Of a stretch of DNA of 64,000 nt, positions 13,954-27,601 are shown piece by piece. Each line of letters opens with the position of its first letter. Within the stretch, counting starts at the first letter, position 1. The position numbers and the translations under genes were made by a program. Source of the DNA: the human T2T-CHM13v2.0 reference genome, Homo sapiens; NCBI RefSeq assembly GCF_009914755.1, contig NC_060936.1. One strand, 5' to 3'. Below the pieces are notes generated by a model that made no database searches, was not told the DNA's origin, and saw nothing but the letters and a program-made list of their open reading frames with translations.

Positions 13954-14977
13954 TGTTCAGGAACTCAAACCACGTTTTTCCCCTGCTCTCACGTCGACAG
14001 CATAACAATCAACACAGAAGACTTCTGTGACCCCAAAACATGTGAAGATTTCTCCCCACTAGCAAACAAGGAATCCATTCTGCAGCAGACAACAGCTCGG
14101 TGTCCTCCAATTCGATTCCGGCTTTATCTGCTTGCAGACAGCGTCAGATCCCACAAGTAGAGGGCTCAATCATGAAAACTGGCCCCTGCTTCAGCCACCA
14201 GCCACAAGCCCAGGCCCTCAGAAATTTGACTGACCAGCTTTAAGTTGGGGTTTCCGTGACCCACCTCTTTGGGCTCAATTAATTTCATGGGATGGCTCAT
14301 AGAATTCAGGGAAACATGTTTACTGGTTTACTATAGAGGATATCACAAAAGATACAGATGAAGAGATAAAGGGAGTGAGGTATGGAGGAAGGGGCACAGA
14401 GCTCCTCAAGGTACACCAGGAACCTCCTCATGATCAGCTATCAGGAAGCTCCCCAAATCCAGTCCTCCTGAGCCTTTTATGCAGACTCCACTGGATAGGC
14501 ATGATTGAAACATAGAAAACCATGTAGAAATGTGATTGGACAAAAAAGATGTGATCTAAACCCAGCGAGGCCCGTCTGTTCAGATTCTTCTTGGCCTCTC
14601 TGTGCAGGCTTCCTTCCTCTAGGGTATGAGTCAGGACCCTCTCTGGAATATAAGTTCTTATGACCCACAAGTAGATTGAGTCCTGCCTTGGGCAAGTGGA
14701 AGGAGAAGGTCAGAGAGTGATTCTGTTTCCTGCGGCCTGCACCTGAGACCTAAAGTGCCCCATCATTATAACAAAGGACTATAAAAGGGCTAATGGAAGC
14801 TATAAGCCAGGAAACCATGACATTCATATATATAAACCATATATATGTTTTCATTCATATATATAAACCATATATGTTTTCATTCATATATATAATGTTT
14901 TCATTTATATATAAACATATATGTTTTCATCCATATATAAATATATATTTGTTATATATATGTTATAAAATATCACA
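13954..14977 (-). mobile_element. MER21-family solo LTR
   Basis: CACAGAAGACTTCTGTGACC, CAGATCCCACA, GGATATCACAAAAGATACAGATGAAGAGA motifs. Ends TG..CA. TSD GGTGG/GGTGA. Confidence 0.85.
14820..14965. repeat. AT-rich degenerate minisatellite (~30-bp unit TCATTCATATATATAAACCATATATGTTT)
   Basis: Read directly from the sequence, about 4-5 decaying copies. Confidence 0.85.
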
Positions 14978-15351
14978 GGTGACACAAAGTAATGTACCTG
15001 CTATTTTTTCTTTGGTCCTTAACTGCTCTGAGGAACTAGTGTAGCCCTGATTTTCCTATGGGAATTGTGTATTGGGCACAGGTGAAACAATTACAAGTAG
15101 CAATGCTTCTAGATGTCCCTTGTAATAGCAGACCAATAAGCATTCCTCATAGAGTTAGGTCACAACTCAGACCCAGCTCTGATGTCTCAACTTCAATCTG
15201 CACAGAAGCTTCCCAGCACAATTCTAATGGGCAGACTAGGTTTCTGTAGTCCATAGACAAAGGCAGGAGGTAAAGTGGGAACCTGGATCTAGAAAGCCAA
15301 GGACAAAAAGACCAAAGCAAGTACAGAAACTGGAGTAAATAAGTTATTTCC

Positions 15352-15897
15352 AGGCATGGTTACTTTCATCTGTCAACTTGACTGAGTCTCAAGGTGCCTA
15401 GATATTTCATCAACGATTATTCTGGGTATTTCGGTTAGAGTATTTTTAGATGAGATTAACATTTAAATCAGTAGACCGAGTAAAGCAGTTTTCCCTCCCT
15501 AATGTGTGTTGGCCTCATCCAATCCTCTGAAGGCTTGAATAGAACAAAAAGGCAAACTTTCCTCCTAGTAAAAGAGAAGTCTCCTGCTTTCAGACTCAAA
15601 CTGAAATATTGGCTCTTCCTGGGTCTCAAGGCTGCTGGTCTTCAGACTTGAACTACACCATCAGCTCTCCTGGGTCTCCAACTTGCTGCCTGATCTTACA
15701 GATCTTGGGAGTTTCCTACCTCTATAAATGCATGAGCCAATTCCTTATAATCAGACAACCAATTTCCATTTCCCTCTCTCTCTGGGTCTCTCTCTCTCTC
15801 TCTCTGTCCAGATAGATCCACACACACACACACAGATATACACACACACACAAACACACACCATATTCGTTCTGTTTCTCTGGATAACCCTAATACA
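15352..15897 (+). mobile_element. MLT2 (ERVL) solo LTR containing a (CT)n(CA)n tract at ~15775-15860
   Basis: TGTCAACTTGACTG, GATGAGATTAACATTTAAATCAGTAGAC, end GTTCTGTTTCTCTGGATAACCCTAATACA. Confidence 0.88.
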
Positions 15898-16439
15898 CTT
15901 CCCTTGCACTTCAGCCCCTCACACCCATGACCCATGACCACACCTTTGGACCTTGTTACCACCTGGATCTGAAATTTAGCACTCCTCTACCCAACTCTGA
16001 CCACGACTTCCTATCCCTTCAGCTCCCTGGGTCCTTTAAATCCACCACACCCTCCCTTTGACCTCCCATCTTGGACCAACTTAAACTCCTCCCGTACTCA
16101 CTTCCTGCCCTACCTGCCTTGGCCTCAGATCCAACACTCAGTGTCTCTTAATATTTGCAACTCCCTTGCCTATAGTCAGCCACTTTTGCCCACCAAAACC
16201 CAAACTCTGAATCAATCCCACTGCCTGTCTACCTTTTCCACGTTTAGATCCAGAGTGCTCAGTGCTGTTGGAGAAAATCAGAAAACCGCACATGCTGATG
16301 CCCCTACAAATTTCAGCTTCACTGACAACACACTCTCTGGTTTCTCCTCTTCTATCTCTAGACATTCATTCTCATTCTCTGTTTGGGATTCTTCTTCTTT
16401 CACTGGCCCCAGGGGTCCATCCTCCAGCCCCTTCTGTCT

Positions 16440-16720
16440 ACACAGTGGATATGTGGGGAATTAGTTCCAGAACCACCCTCCTCACTCTTCCTCCCAGCCA
16501 CCACCCCATGGCCACCCACTCCCCACCCTGTACCAGAATCTGCAACTACTTAAGTCCCACAGTTGGCCCTGCAGGAACCCTCAAATAGGAAACGTAGGCC
16601 CTCCATATAAGTGGGTTTCACATCCCTTGAATACTGTATTTTCTACTTTTTACTTATATGTAAAAAATCCACATGTAAGTGAACCGGCAGTTCAAACCCA
16701 TGTTGTTCAAGGGTCAATTG
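16440..16720 (+). mobile_element. MER8 (TcMar-Tigger MITE)
   Basis: AAGTCCCACAGTTGGCCCTGC ... GAATACTGTATTTTC ... CAGTTCAAACCCATGTTGTTCAAGGGTCAA. Confidence 0.8.
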
Positions 16721-17141
16721 CCTACACTTTTTGGATGATCTTATCCACCCCCATGCCTTTAAATCTTCACCCATATCCTAAATTTTTATTGATCTACATC
16801 ACCAGTGCTGGTCTGTCTCTGAATTCCAGATACAATTGCCTCCTAGGCAGCTATAAACACTCAAACTCCACATCTGAAAAAGGAGCTCTTAGCACCTTCA
16901 CCTTAACCACCATTAACAACCTATTCTTTTTATATTTCCTATCCCAGTGAATGGCAATATCACCCACCTGGTTGTTCAGAATAGAAACCTGGGGCTCACC
17001 TCCACATCCAGCAACTAAATTCTGCAATATTAATACCCCTTTAATATCTTCCAATTGGTGTACACGTGATATTGTTTCTTCAAGGCTTTATTATTTTCTC
17101 ATCTGGGCTAATGCCTTAGCTTTATTTGCTCTTCTCAGAAC

Positions 17142-17461
<320 letters not shown>

Positions 17462-17639
17462 TGAGCTTTCTATCATTGGTAAATAATATTCAATAAATAT
17501 TTTTGGGTGTCTATTATGTGTCAGGAACAGTGCTGGGAGATAATGAGAAACAAAAGCAGACACAGTCCCTGTCTTCCTGAAACTTACACTCTCTCATGTT
17601 CTTTTTCTAACAAATGAATTTCATATTCACTCCTTGCAA

Positions 17640-18005
17640 GACATGAGGTCTGGAGCCAGATGCCTTTGGTTTGAAGCCCAGTTCTTCCATTAGACCATGC
17701 ATGCTTGGTCAAGTTAACAAGCCTGTGCTTTAGCTTTCTCATTTGCAAAAGAAGAATCATGAGAGTGCCCACATCCAGGGCCAGCAGTTGCCGATACACA
17801 CAGTGACAGTGGTGGGTAGCAGTGCTTCACAGCTGGCATCCCTCCTGCTAGGATGGCTGCCAATGAGGACCAGTCCACGCCAGTTGGTAAATATTTTTAA
17901 CTCTCTCTTCCTTATTCCATAGAGTTGGTGTGAGGATTAAACGAGCTAATACATGTGAATGAATAGAAGAGCACTGGCACTGAGAAGTACTCCATTCCAT
18001 AAATA
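17640..18005 (+). mobile_element. MIR, interrupted
   Basis: CTGGAGCCAGATGCC..GGTTTGAAGCCCAG...; resumes at GTGAGGATTAAACGAGCTAATACATGTGAA. Confidence 0.7.
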
Positions 18006-18290
18006 TTCACTGATTTAAATTCAACAGGTGATTTCCCATCCCAAGGTATCAAAGCTCTCCATTTCTTGCTACCTGATCATCTTACTTTCTGTTCCAGCCA
18101 TACCAAACCTCTTAGTTCTCTAAAAAGGCCACTTTCTTTTCACCCACCTTTATATTTTTATATACGCTGTTCCCTTTGCCTGGTCCACCCTAACCTCTTC
18201 TGTGTCTGCATACAAATATACACATAAACACCTGGAGAATGCCTACTCTTTCTTCAATGCTTAGCACATATTTCTAAAACTCCTCAGTGT

Positions 18291-18648
<358 letters not shown>

Positions 18649-18774
18649 CTAGGTGCACTGACTCTGGTCACTTATTAGCAAACATCAATTACTATGGGCC
18701 TCTCAGCCTCCCTTCCCTTAACAGCCTCACTCGTCTTTCCTTTGAGAAATGGCTCTTCTCACACTACCTACTCT

Positions 18775-18960
18775 GTGGGAGTCTGCAGTATCTTTAATTA
18801 CAGTTGCCACCCTCCAGGCACAGTAGCCAGATCCAACGAAACACAGCATCCCCTGGCCCTTGTGATAGTGATTGGTCCAAGAAGTGGGCGTGTGACACAA
18901 ACTTAGCCAATAAAAGTCCTTGCCCTCCCTTGGATTGTTCTAACTAGAGCAAGCAAGGAA
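18775..18960 (+). mobile_element. LTR16-like ERVL LTR fragment
   Basis: AGTGATTGGTCCAAGAAGTGGGCGTGTGACACAAACTTAGCCAAT motif. Confidence 0.5.
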
Positions 18961-19319
18961 GATTTTTTTGTCTCTGGGATCAGGTAAATAGAAGGATGTG
19001 GCACAGGGGTTACTTACAGCCACATTCTCCACCATGGAACCAAAGAATTTTGATATATTTTTAGAATATATTGGCCTTACCTCTATCAAAGGCCATTGCC
19101 TCTCTAACTGGAGTTTTCTGTTTAACAAGAGATTCAGTCAACAATGAATGTTTGTGCCCATTCGTTGTAACATTCGTTGTTAACAATTAATCTCTTGCAT
19201 TCAGATATACATAATACTGAAAATTGGGCACAAACTAATTACATCTCTGGCCACACTTTATATTATATCAATATTAAAAATAGTATGATATTCTTGCCAT
19301 AAGTTGACAACAGGAATAG

Positions 19320-19660
<341 letters not shown>

Positions 19661-20544
19661 TGAATCTTTAGAGGAAGGAACTGTCCTTCACACACATTTT
19701 GAGGGGAGAATGCATAAGTCTGTCCACAATTTGAAACTTAGAGACTGAAAACTAAGTTATACTCAAACAGAGCTCAAATCTTTCCTTTAATGTGAAAATC
19801 TTTTGCATATGACCCTTTAGAGCTAAAGGGGTAGGAGACATTAAAAGAAACAAAACAAGGCATTTTTCTGTTTATTTCAGAAGAGAAAAGAAAGAAAACA
19901 ATTTAGTTAAGCTAGAAAGTAACTTATCTGAAATGAAAAAATGCAGTTTCTAAACCTTGTTTAGCCATTGAGTCGCCAGAAACATAGCAACTCTATTGTG
20001 AATCCTCTCTTCCTCCCCAGCCAGATCTATAAATTAGAAATAATATTATGCGTCCTGGCTAGTCTCACTACAGCTTAATGAGGTTATTTCTAAGAAATCC
20101 TTTCATTTCAAAAAGTCATAGGAAAATTCAAAGAACTTTTATTGTAAAAGGACTTAATTTGATTAAAAAGCCCTCCATGCCTACTTTGTGAGTCATGCAA
20201 ATTTCCCACTGACTTTCTGTGTGTCTCTATTATCAGCATTAAATATTTATTTAAAGTCTATTGAAGTAAAAAATTATTCTCCCAGCTCTCAGCCCAAGTT
20301 GATTTCTAATGACTATTTAGTTTTTATGATGATTTTTACATTTTTCATTAACAATAGAAGAATCTAGTGTTAAATTGAAAGTTATCAACATTGGCCCCTT
20401 GCAAGTTTTCTGAATGTTGAAAAGATCTTTTTTTTTTTTTACCATATCTTTCCCTAATTGCATGAGAATAAGGTTACACTTAATTATTATTTAGAATTTC
20501 TATAGTACATTTATACAGGCAAATACCTTAATTGAAGTAACCAG

Positions 20545-22410
20545 GATGTACTGCCTTCTCAACATCCACTTGAATATCTAATAAGCATCTCATGGGAACA
20601 GATTGTGAGGACAGAAAAAAAATAAATAATAATAATAATAAGTATCTCAAATTTAACATATCAAAAAAAAAAAAAAACTTTCCTGATATTCACCCCTTCC
20701 CAACCTGCTCCTCCTGCAGTCTTCCCCAACTCAGTTAATGGCGACACCATTCTTTCAATTGTTTGGGTCAAAACCTTGGGGTCATCCTTGACTCCCTTCT
20801 TCGTCTCACACTTCACATTCAGCCCACTAACAAAGCCCATCAGCTCTACTCTCTAAATATACTCCAAATGTGCTGCCAGCTTAGTCCTACTGGCTGCCAT
20901 CCCTCACCTGAATCACTGCAGCCCCTGACGACTGCCCTCCCTCCTCCCACTCCCACTGCTTCAGTCTATTCTCAGCATAGCAGACATAGTGAGCCTGCTG
21001 AGCAGCCTACATTAGAAGATGTCTTCCTCCACTGCCCCCACCCACCGTGGCTGCCCAGCTACTTGGAACAAAAGCAGAAATCCAGACTATGATGACAACG
21101 TAAAATAAAAATAAAATTTTAAGCCCCCCAAACCATTTGAATGGACCCCCTCCTCTTGGCCAAGGGCATTCCAAAGTTAATCTGAAAAACTAGTTCAGGC
21201 CTCCATGGGAAGTGAGGGCTGGGCATGCCTCATTATGCCCTCCTCCCTTTGGAATTCAGGTACAACTGACCATTATATTATTAACATTAAAACAGAGAAC
21301 CTAAGACTTTTTGTAGCAATAAGACGCCAAATTCTGGCCTGCCTCTAATATAGCATCACAGGACACATAGCAGGCCCTGAAAGAAATCAAAGTATTTTAC
21401 CCTAAAATGTGTTTATTTGATATATTTTGAAACGGCCCTGCAAAGCTGTCTCTTGTGGGGAAAATCTACATTCTGTAGAGAATCCTTTTCCCCTTCCAGG
21501 TCTTTTCCCTGATCCAGGAGAGAATTAGCTAAGAGTCTGGCATCTTTTTAAGTCTGATAAGAAACATTTACAATTTTATTTTCTCTGAAGCCTACCTGGA
21601 GGCTTCATCTGCATAATAAGAACCTTGGGATTATAACCCCTTATCTTAACCCAGAGACTCCCATCTATGAATTCCAGGTCTTTAGATAAAAATTATTTCA
21701 ATCATTTGCCCATCAGAAAATCTTTGAATCCCCCTATGACCTGGAACTACTCCCTGCCCCACCACTTCAGTTGTCCTGCCTTTCCGTACTGAACCGATGT
21801 ACATCTTACGTGTATTGATTGATGTTGTATGTCTCCCTAAAATGTATAAAACCAAGCTGTGGCCTGACAACCCTGAGCATATATTCTTGGGATCTCCTGG
21901 GCCTTTGTCACAGGCCATTGGTCCTCATTGGCTTGGAATGAATCTCTTCAAACATTTTACAGAGATTGACTCTTTTTGTGGACAACAAGGACTCCCGTGA
22001 ACTTTCTAGCCTCCAACCACCAGATCTGCTCCTTCTTTGGGACTTTGTACTTTGCTCTCGGCACTCTCTTCCCTACAATATCTGCATGGAAGTTTCCCTC
22101 ACTTTTTTTCCAGTCTTACTCAGAAAGGGGCATTTGAGTAAGACATCTGAACCAAGTTCCCTGGCAATTTTATCTAAAATTGCAGCTCCCCACTCCTGAT
22201 ATGTCCTTTCCTCAATCCTGCCTTATCCTCCTACCCCCTTCAACACTATACCTAATCCCCTACATACTTAGTGTAATCTGACATAATGCTATTTAATCAC
22301 CTGTCTCCCTTTCTAGAATGCAAAAAGCAGAAGGGCAGATATTTTATCCCTTTTATTCATGACTCTGTCTTCAGGGTCTAGCACCAAGTATGGGCTCAAC
22401 AAATATTAAT
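20545..22410 (+). mobile_element. L2a 3' region, split by a MER4D LTR and a short retro-insertion
   Basis: CCCAACCTGCTCCTCCTGCAGTCTTCCCCAACTCAGTTAATGGC..AAAACCTTGGGGTCATCCTTGACTCC; L2 tail near 22400. Confidence 0.8.
21099..21984 (+). mobile_element. MER4D-type ERV1 solo LTR
   Basis: AAAATAAAATTTTAAGCCCCCCAAACCAT..GGCCAAGGGCATTCCAAAGTTAA start and TTTTACAGAGATTGACTCTTTTTGTGGACA end. 4-bp TSD ACAA. Confidence 0.9.
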
Positions 22411-22514
22411 TCTCAAAAAAAAAATATGAAAGAGCTTCCAGCTACCTTCACCATAACACCAGGGATGATGTCTTCTGCTATTAAATTTGCACCTTGCCAC
22501 ACATGCTATTCTTT

Positions 22515-22672
22515 CTATATTTGTAATTTTCTTTTTTCTTTTTTTTTTTTTTTTTTAAGATGAGGTCTTGCTATGTTACTCAGGCTGGTCTTGAACTCCT
22601 GGCCTCAAGCAATTCTCCTACCTCAGCCTCCCAAAGTACTGAGATTACAGGCATGAGACACCATGCCCAGCC
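22515..22672 (-). mobile_element. FLAM_C / free left Alu monomer
   Basis: Only the left monomer plus T-rich tail. TSD ACAT(G/A)CTATTCTTT. Confidence 0.85.
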
Positions 22673-23059
22673 CAAACATACTATTCTTTTCCTAGTGGAC
22701 ATTTCAGACCATGAAAATAGAAGAGTAACTGTGGCAAAGGGGAGTTGGGTGGGAGACGGATGGTGCTTTGGCTCACATGTGATTTGTCTAGATGGCTCTG
22801 GATGCTCTATATCAGCTGGAAAAAACCACAGCAGCTTTATGCAGAAATAATGAGCACCCAATCAGAACTACATGTGCCTGAGGACAGTAGAAACTTTTCA
22901 GAGCAAATCAGCTCAAGGAGCAACAATTTCTCCACTGAATATTGACTAGAATGGAACCTACCACCAGCCTACAAAGGTGAATCTGAAAAGTCTTTGGGTA
23001 TCATTCAAATAACAAAAATCACTGAGGCCCTGGTAGTAAAATGGAAACAGTATAGTCCT

Positions 23060-23560
<501 letters not shown>

Positions 23561-23684
23561 ATTCAGCTGGGACTCAACATTTGCCTTATATGCTAATGAA
23601 AGCTAAACCCAATTCTGAGAAGACTAAACCCATATAATCAAACTCCTATCTGTTTTAATCTTCTGTTAAATTTCTTCCTCATAG

Positions 23685-25721
23685 TCCTAGCCAGGGCAAT
23701 CAGACAAGTGAAGGAAATAAAAGGCATCCAAATTGGTAAAGAGGAAGTCAAACTGTTGCTGTTTGCTGATGATATAATGGTATACCTAGAAAACCCTCAA
23801 GACTCGTCCAAAAAGCTCCTAGATCTGAACAACGAATTCAGTAAAGTTTCAGCATACAAAATCAATGTACAAAAATTAATGGCACTGCTATACACCAACA
23901 GTGACCAAGCTGAGAATCAAATCAAGAACTCAACCACTTTTACAACAGCTGCAAAAAAATTAAAATAATTAGGAATACACCTATCCAAAGAGGTCAAAGA
24001 TCTCTATGAGGAAAACTACAAAACACTGCTGAAAGAAATCATAGACAACACAAACAAATGGAAACACATCCCATGTTCATGGATGGGTAGAATCAATATT
24101 GTGAAAATGGCCATACTGCCAAAATCAATCTATAAATTCAATGCAATACCCCTCAAAATACCATCATCATTCTTCACAGAAAGAGAAAAAAAATTCCTAA
24201 AATTCATATGGAAAAAGAAAGCCCACATAGCCACAGCAAGACAAAGCAAAAAGAAATCTAGCGGCATCACATTACCTGACTTCAAGTTATACTCCAAGGT
24301 TATGGTTACCCAAACAGCATGATACTGGTACAAAAACAGGCACATAGACCAATGGAACAGAATGAAGAACCCAGAAATAAAGCCATATACATACAGCCAA
24401 CTGATCTTCCACAAAGCAAACAAAAACATAAAGTAGGGGAGAGGTCACCCTATTCAACAAATGGTGCTGGGATAATTGGCAAGCTCCATGTAGAAGAATG
24501 AAACTGGATCCTCATCTCTCACCTTATACAAAAATAAACTCAAGATGGATCAAAGACTTAAATCTAAGACCTGAAACCATAAAAATTCTAGAAGATAATA
24601 TCAGAAAAACTCTTCTAGACATTGACCTCAGCAAAGTTCATGGCCAAGAACCCAAAAGCAAATGCAACAAAAACAAAGATAAATAGATGGGACTTAATTA
24701 AACTAAAAAGCTTCTGCACAGCAAAAGAAATAATCAGCCAAGTAAACAGAGAACCCACAGAGCGGGAGAAAATATTTGCAAACTATGCATCCAACAAAGG
24801 ACTAGTATCAAGAATCTACAAGAAACTCAAACAAATCAGCAAGAAAAAAAAAAATAAATCATCTCATCAAGAGTGGGCCAAGGACATGAATAGACAATTC
24901 TCAAAAGAAGATATACAAATGGCCAACAAACAGATGAAAAAAATGTTCAACATCACTAATTATCAGGGAAATGCAAATTAAAACTACAATACCATACCAC
25001 CTTACTCCTGTAAGAATGGCCATAATTTGAAAATAAAAAAAAATAGATGTTGGTGGGAATGTAGTAAAATGGGAATACGTTTATACTGCTATGGGAATGT
25101 ACAACCACTATGGCAAACAGTATGGAGATTCCTTAAAAAACTAAAAGTAGAACTACCATTTGATCCAGCAATCCCACTCCTGGGTACCTACCCAGAGGAA
25201 AAGAAGTCATTATATGAAAAAGATACTTACACAGTCTTGTTTATAGCAGCACAATTCATGATTGCAAAAATATGGAACCAGCCTAAATGCCCATCAACCA
25301 AAAAGTGGATTAAGGAAAAGTGGTACATAAATATATACTATGGAATACTACTCGGTCATAAAAAGGAACAAAATAATGTCATTTGCAGCAACCTGGATGG
25401 AGTTGGAGAACATTATTCTAAGTGAAGTAACTCAGGAATGGAAAATCAGACATTGTATGTTCTCACTGATAAGTGCGAGCTAAGCTATGAGGAAGCAAAG
25501 GCATAAGAATGATATAATAAACTCTGGTGTCTTGTGGGGACAGGTGGAAGGGGGGTTGAGAGATAAAAGACTGCACATTGGGTGCAGTGTACACTGTTCG
25601 GGTGATGGGAGCCCCAAAATCTCAGAAATCACACCTAAAGAACTCATCCATGTAACAAAATACCACCTGTTCCCCCAAAACTATTGAAATAATAATAATA
25701 ATAAAAGAAAAAAGAAAAAAT
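23685..25721 (+). mobile_element. LINE-1, L1PB1-like, 5'-truncated (dead ORF2 C-terminal half plus 3'UTR and A-tail)
   Basis: ORF fragments [21 protein letters not shown] (RT motif), [48 protein letters not shown]1PB-type 3'UTR. Imperfect TSD ending CCTCATAG. Confidence 0.95.
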
Positions 25722-25876
25722 AAATATTTCCCTCATAGAAAATACTCTTCATGGTTTTCATACACAGCTCAGAAAGCTAAGTTAAAATGTACTTACTACT
25801 CACATCTTAAAACTTTACACACATGTGAGCATGTCCCAACTCTCAACTCACTGGACAGAGCAAGTGGGGAGCCTGC

Positions 25877-26288
25877 TGTGAGCCAAAAAGTATTTAGATA
25901 GGTCTCAATGAGCTTAGAAGTTTATTTTTCCCAGGATAAGGACGACATGCCCAAGAGAATAGAACACAGAATCACCGAAACAGTGCATGGTCTGTGCCTT
26001 TCTCCAAAGATGATTTTAAGGGCTTCCATATTTAAAGGGAAAAAGGGAGGGTATGGTAACCCACATGTTGCAAGAGAAAAGGAGCAGGTTTGGTAATAGT
26101 CAATTATGTATTCATCTCAAGATAAGATGAACACAGAGTAGCTACCTGTGGTGATATTTAACCTTTTATCTGTAGCTATCTGCTTAGGAACAAAAGGAAA
26201 AGCAGTTTCTGGAGTGACTCAGCTTTCAGCTTAATTTTTTCCTTTTGGCATAGTGAATGGGGTCCTGAGTTTTTATTTTCCTTTCACA
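25877..26288 (-). mobile_element. MER4A1-type ERV1 solo LTR
   Basis: Reverse complement starts TGTGAAAGGAAAATAAAACTCAGGACCCCATTCACTATGCCAAAAGGAAAAAATTAAGCTGAAAGCTGAGTCA. Confidence 0.88.
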
Positions 26289-26934
26289 CCAACCTCCACC
26301 CCAGGTGACATTCACTGTCCCCTCACAGGATCCCAAGTGTCCTTGGTGCCTACAATGGTAGGGTCTGACAACAGTGAGAGTGGTAGAGAAATTCCCAGCA
26401 ACAGCAAGGGAGGAAACAAGGATTCTGTGTCTGCCAGAGAAGGAGGGAGGGGACAGCCTATTTGTGTGAAAAGAACACAATAATAATTAATATGGTTAAT
26501 TATTGCCCAAATCCCTTAGTAGACCAAGAGCCTCTCAAAAACTAGACTATATCTTATTAATCTATGTATTCAGAGAATCAATCATGGCACCTGGCACATA
26601 GTAGGCCGGGTGTTGGAGTAAGCAGAGCAGTTTTTGTATTATATGACATAGTAAAGAAAAAATTCCTGGTCCAACCCTCAGTCAGTGGTTCCAAAACTTC
26701 TCCAGAAAACTGCAATGTGAAATTTAACACTTCAGGGCAGGGGTGTGATTTGCAATTTCAGAATCACAAGCTGTACTGTTCTACTTCAAAATGTCACAAT
26801 GGAAGAAAAAAAATTAAAATTAAAATCTTTTAAAATCGTTTATTTTAAGAAACAGGAGAAAAATCTACTCCCATTAGGAAGAGGTAAAACAACTGAGAAT
26901 CCACGGAGATACGAACAAAACTGTTTTATAAAGA

Positions 26935-27057
26935 TTTTGTACTGGGAAGTTATCTCAGTCATGAAACAGAAGCAAGCTGGCTTCAGCAAAGTCCCTGTAA
27001 AAGCGAGGAGTGGGGGAGCGTTCTGTGCAATCAGCCTCAACCTTCCTGCTCTCCCTG
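26935..27057 (+). repeat. Left arm of a 123-bp inverted repeat (non-TE)
   Basis: Manual alignment to the reverse complement of 27598-27720: ungapped, 113/123 identical. Confidence 0.97.
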
Positions 27058-27483
27058 CAAACACATGTATTTTAAATGCAATGATTTTAGCAAGGGTTTG
27101 AGAACTGTTATTTGTTAGATGAAGACTATGTAATTAAACCCACCGTTCTGAAAGAAAAGCTTTGTGGGTACTTTTTTTTTTTTTTAATCTTCTGTGGCTG
27201 GGCTGGTAATTTTTTCCTGTCTCACACCTACTCAAAACCCAGGGGATTTGTCCTTGATGCCTGGCATGAATATAATTACAGTACAGTTCTCTAGTGCATA
27301 GTTCAATCACAGCAGACAACTATTGATTTGTGTGTAAATCGGAATACATGTAATTTTCTCCAGACGAGGAGTTGTTAAAATGCATTAACAGCCTCGGGTT
27401 TCATGTTTTGGATATGGTGACAGTGGGGGTGTTGGTTGTTTTGCTTTATATTTTTCATTTTCTTTTTTTTCCTTTCCCCCAAG

Positions 27484-27601
27484 AACTGAGATAAGCTCTT
27501 TCTGAGCAGGAAAGCTCCACCGACTTGTTCTGACAAATTCCCATTCCAGTTTCACACTGGGTCACACGCAATCAGAAGAACAACGTAAGCAGGACTTCAG
27601 G
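27484..27601 (+). other. Candidate non-coding/poison cassette exon in the inverted-repeat loop
   Basis: ~40-nt pyrimidine tract then AAG| at 27483. Donors AAC|GTAAGC (27584) and AGG|GTGAGC (27601). Stops in all three frames. Motif evidence only. Confidence 0.35.

Noticed and set aside
23708-25425. Reverse-transcriptase-like ORFs
   Set aside because: Frameshifted, stop-ridden ORF2 pieces of a 5'-truncated L1PB, not a functional or novel RT system.
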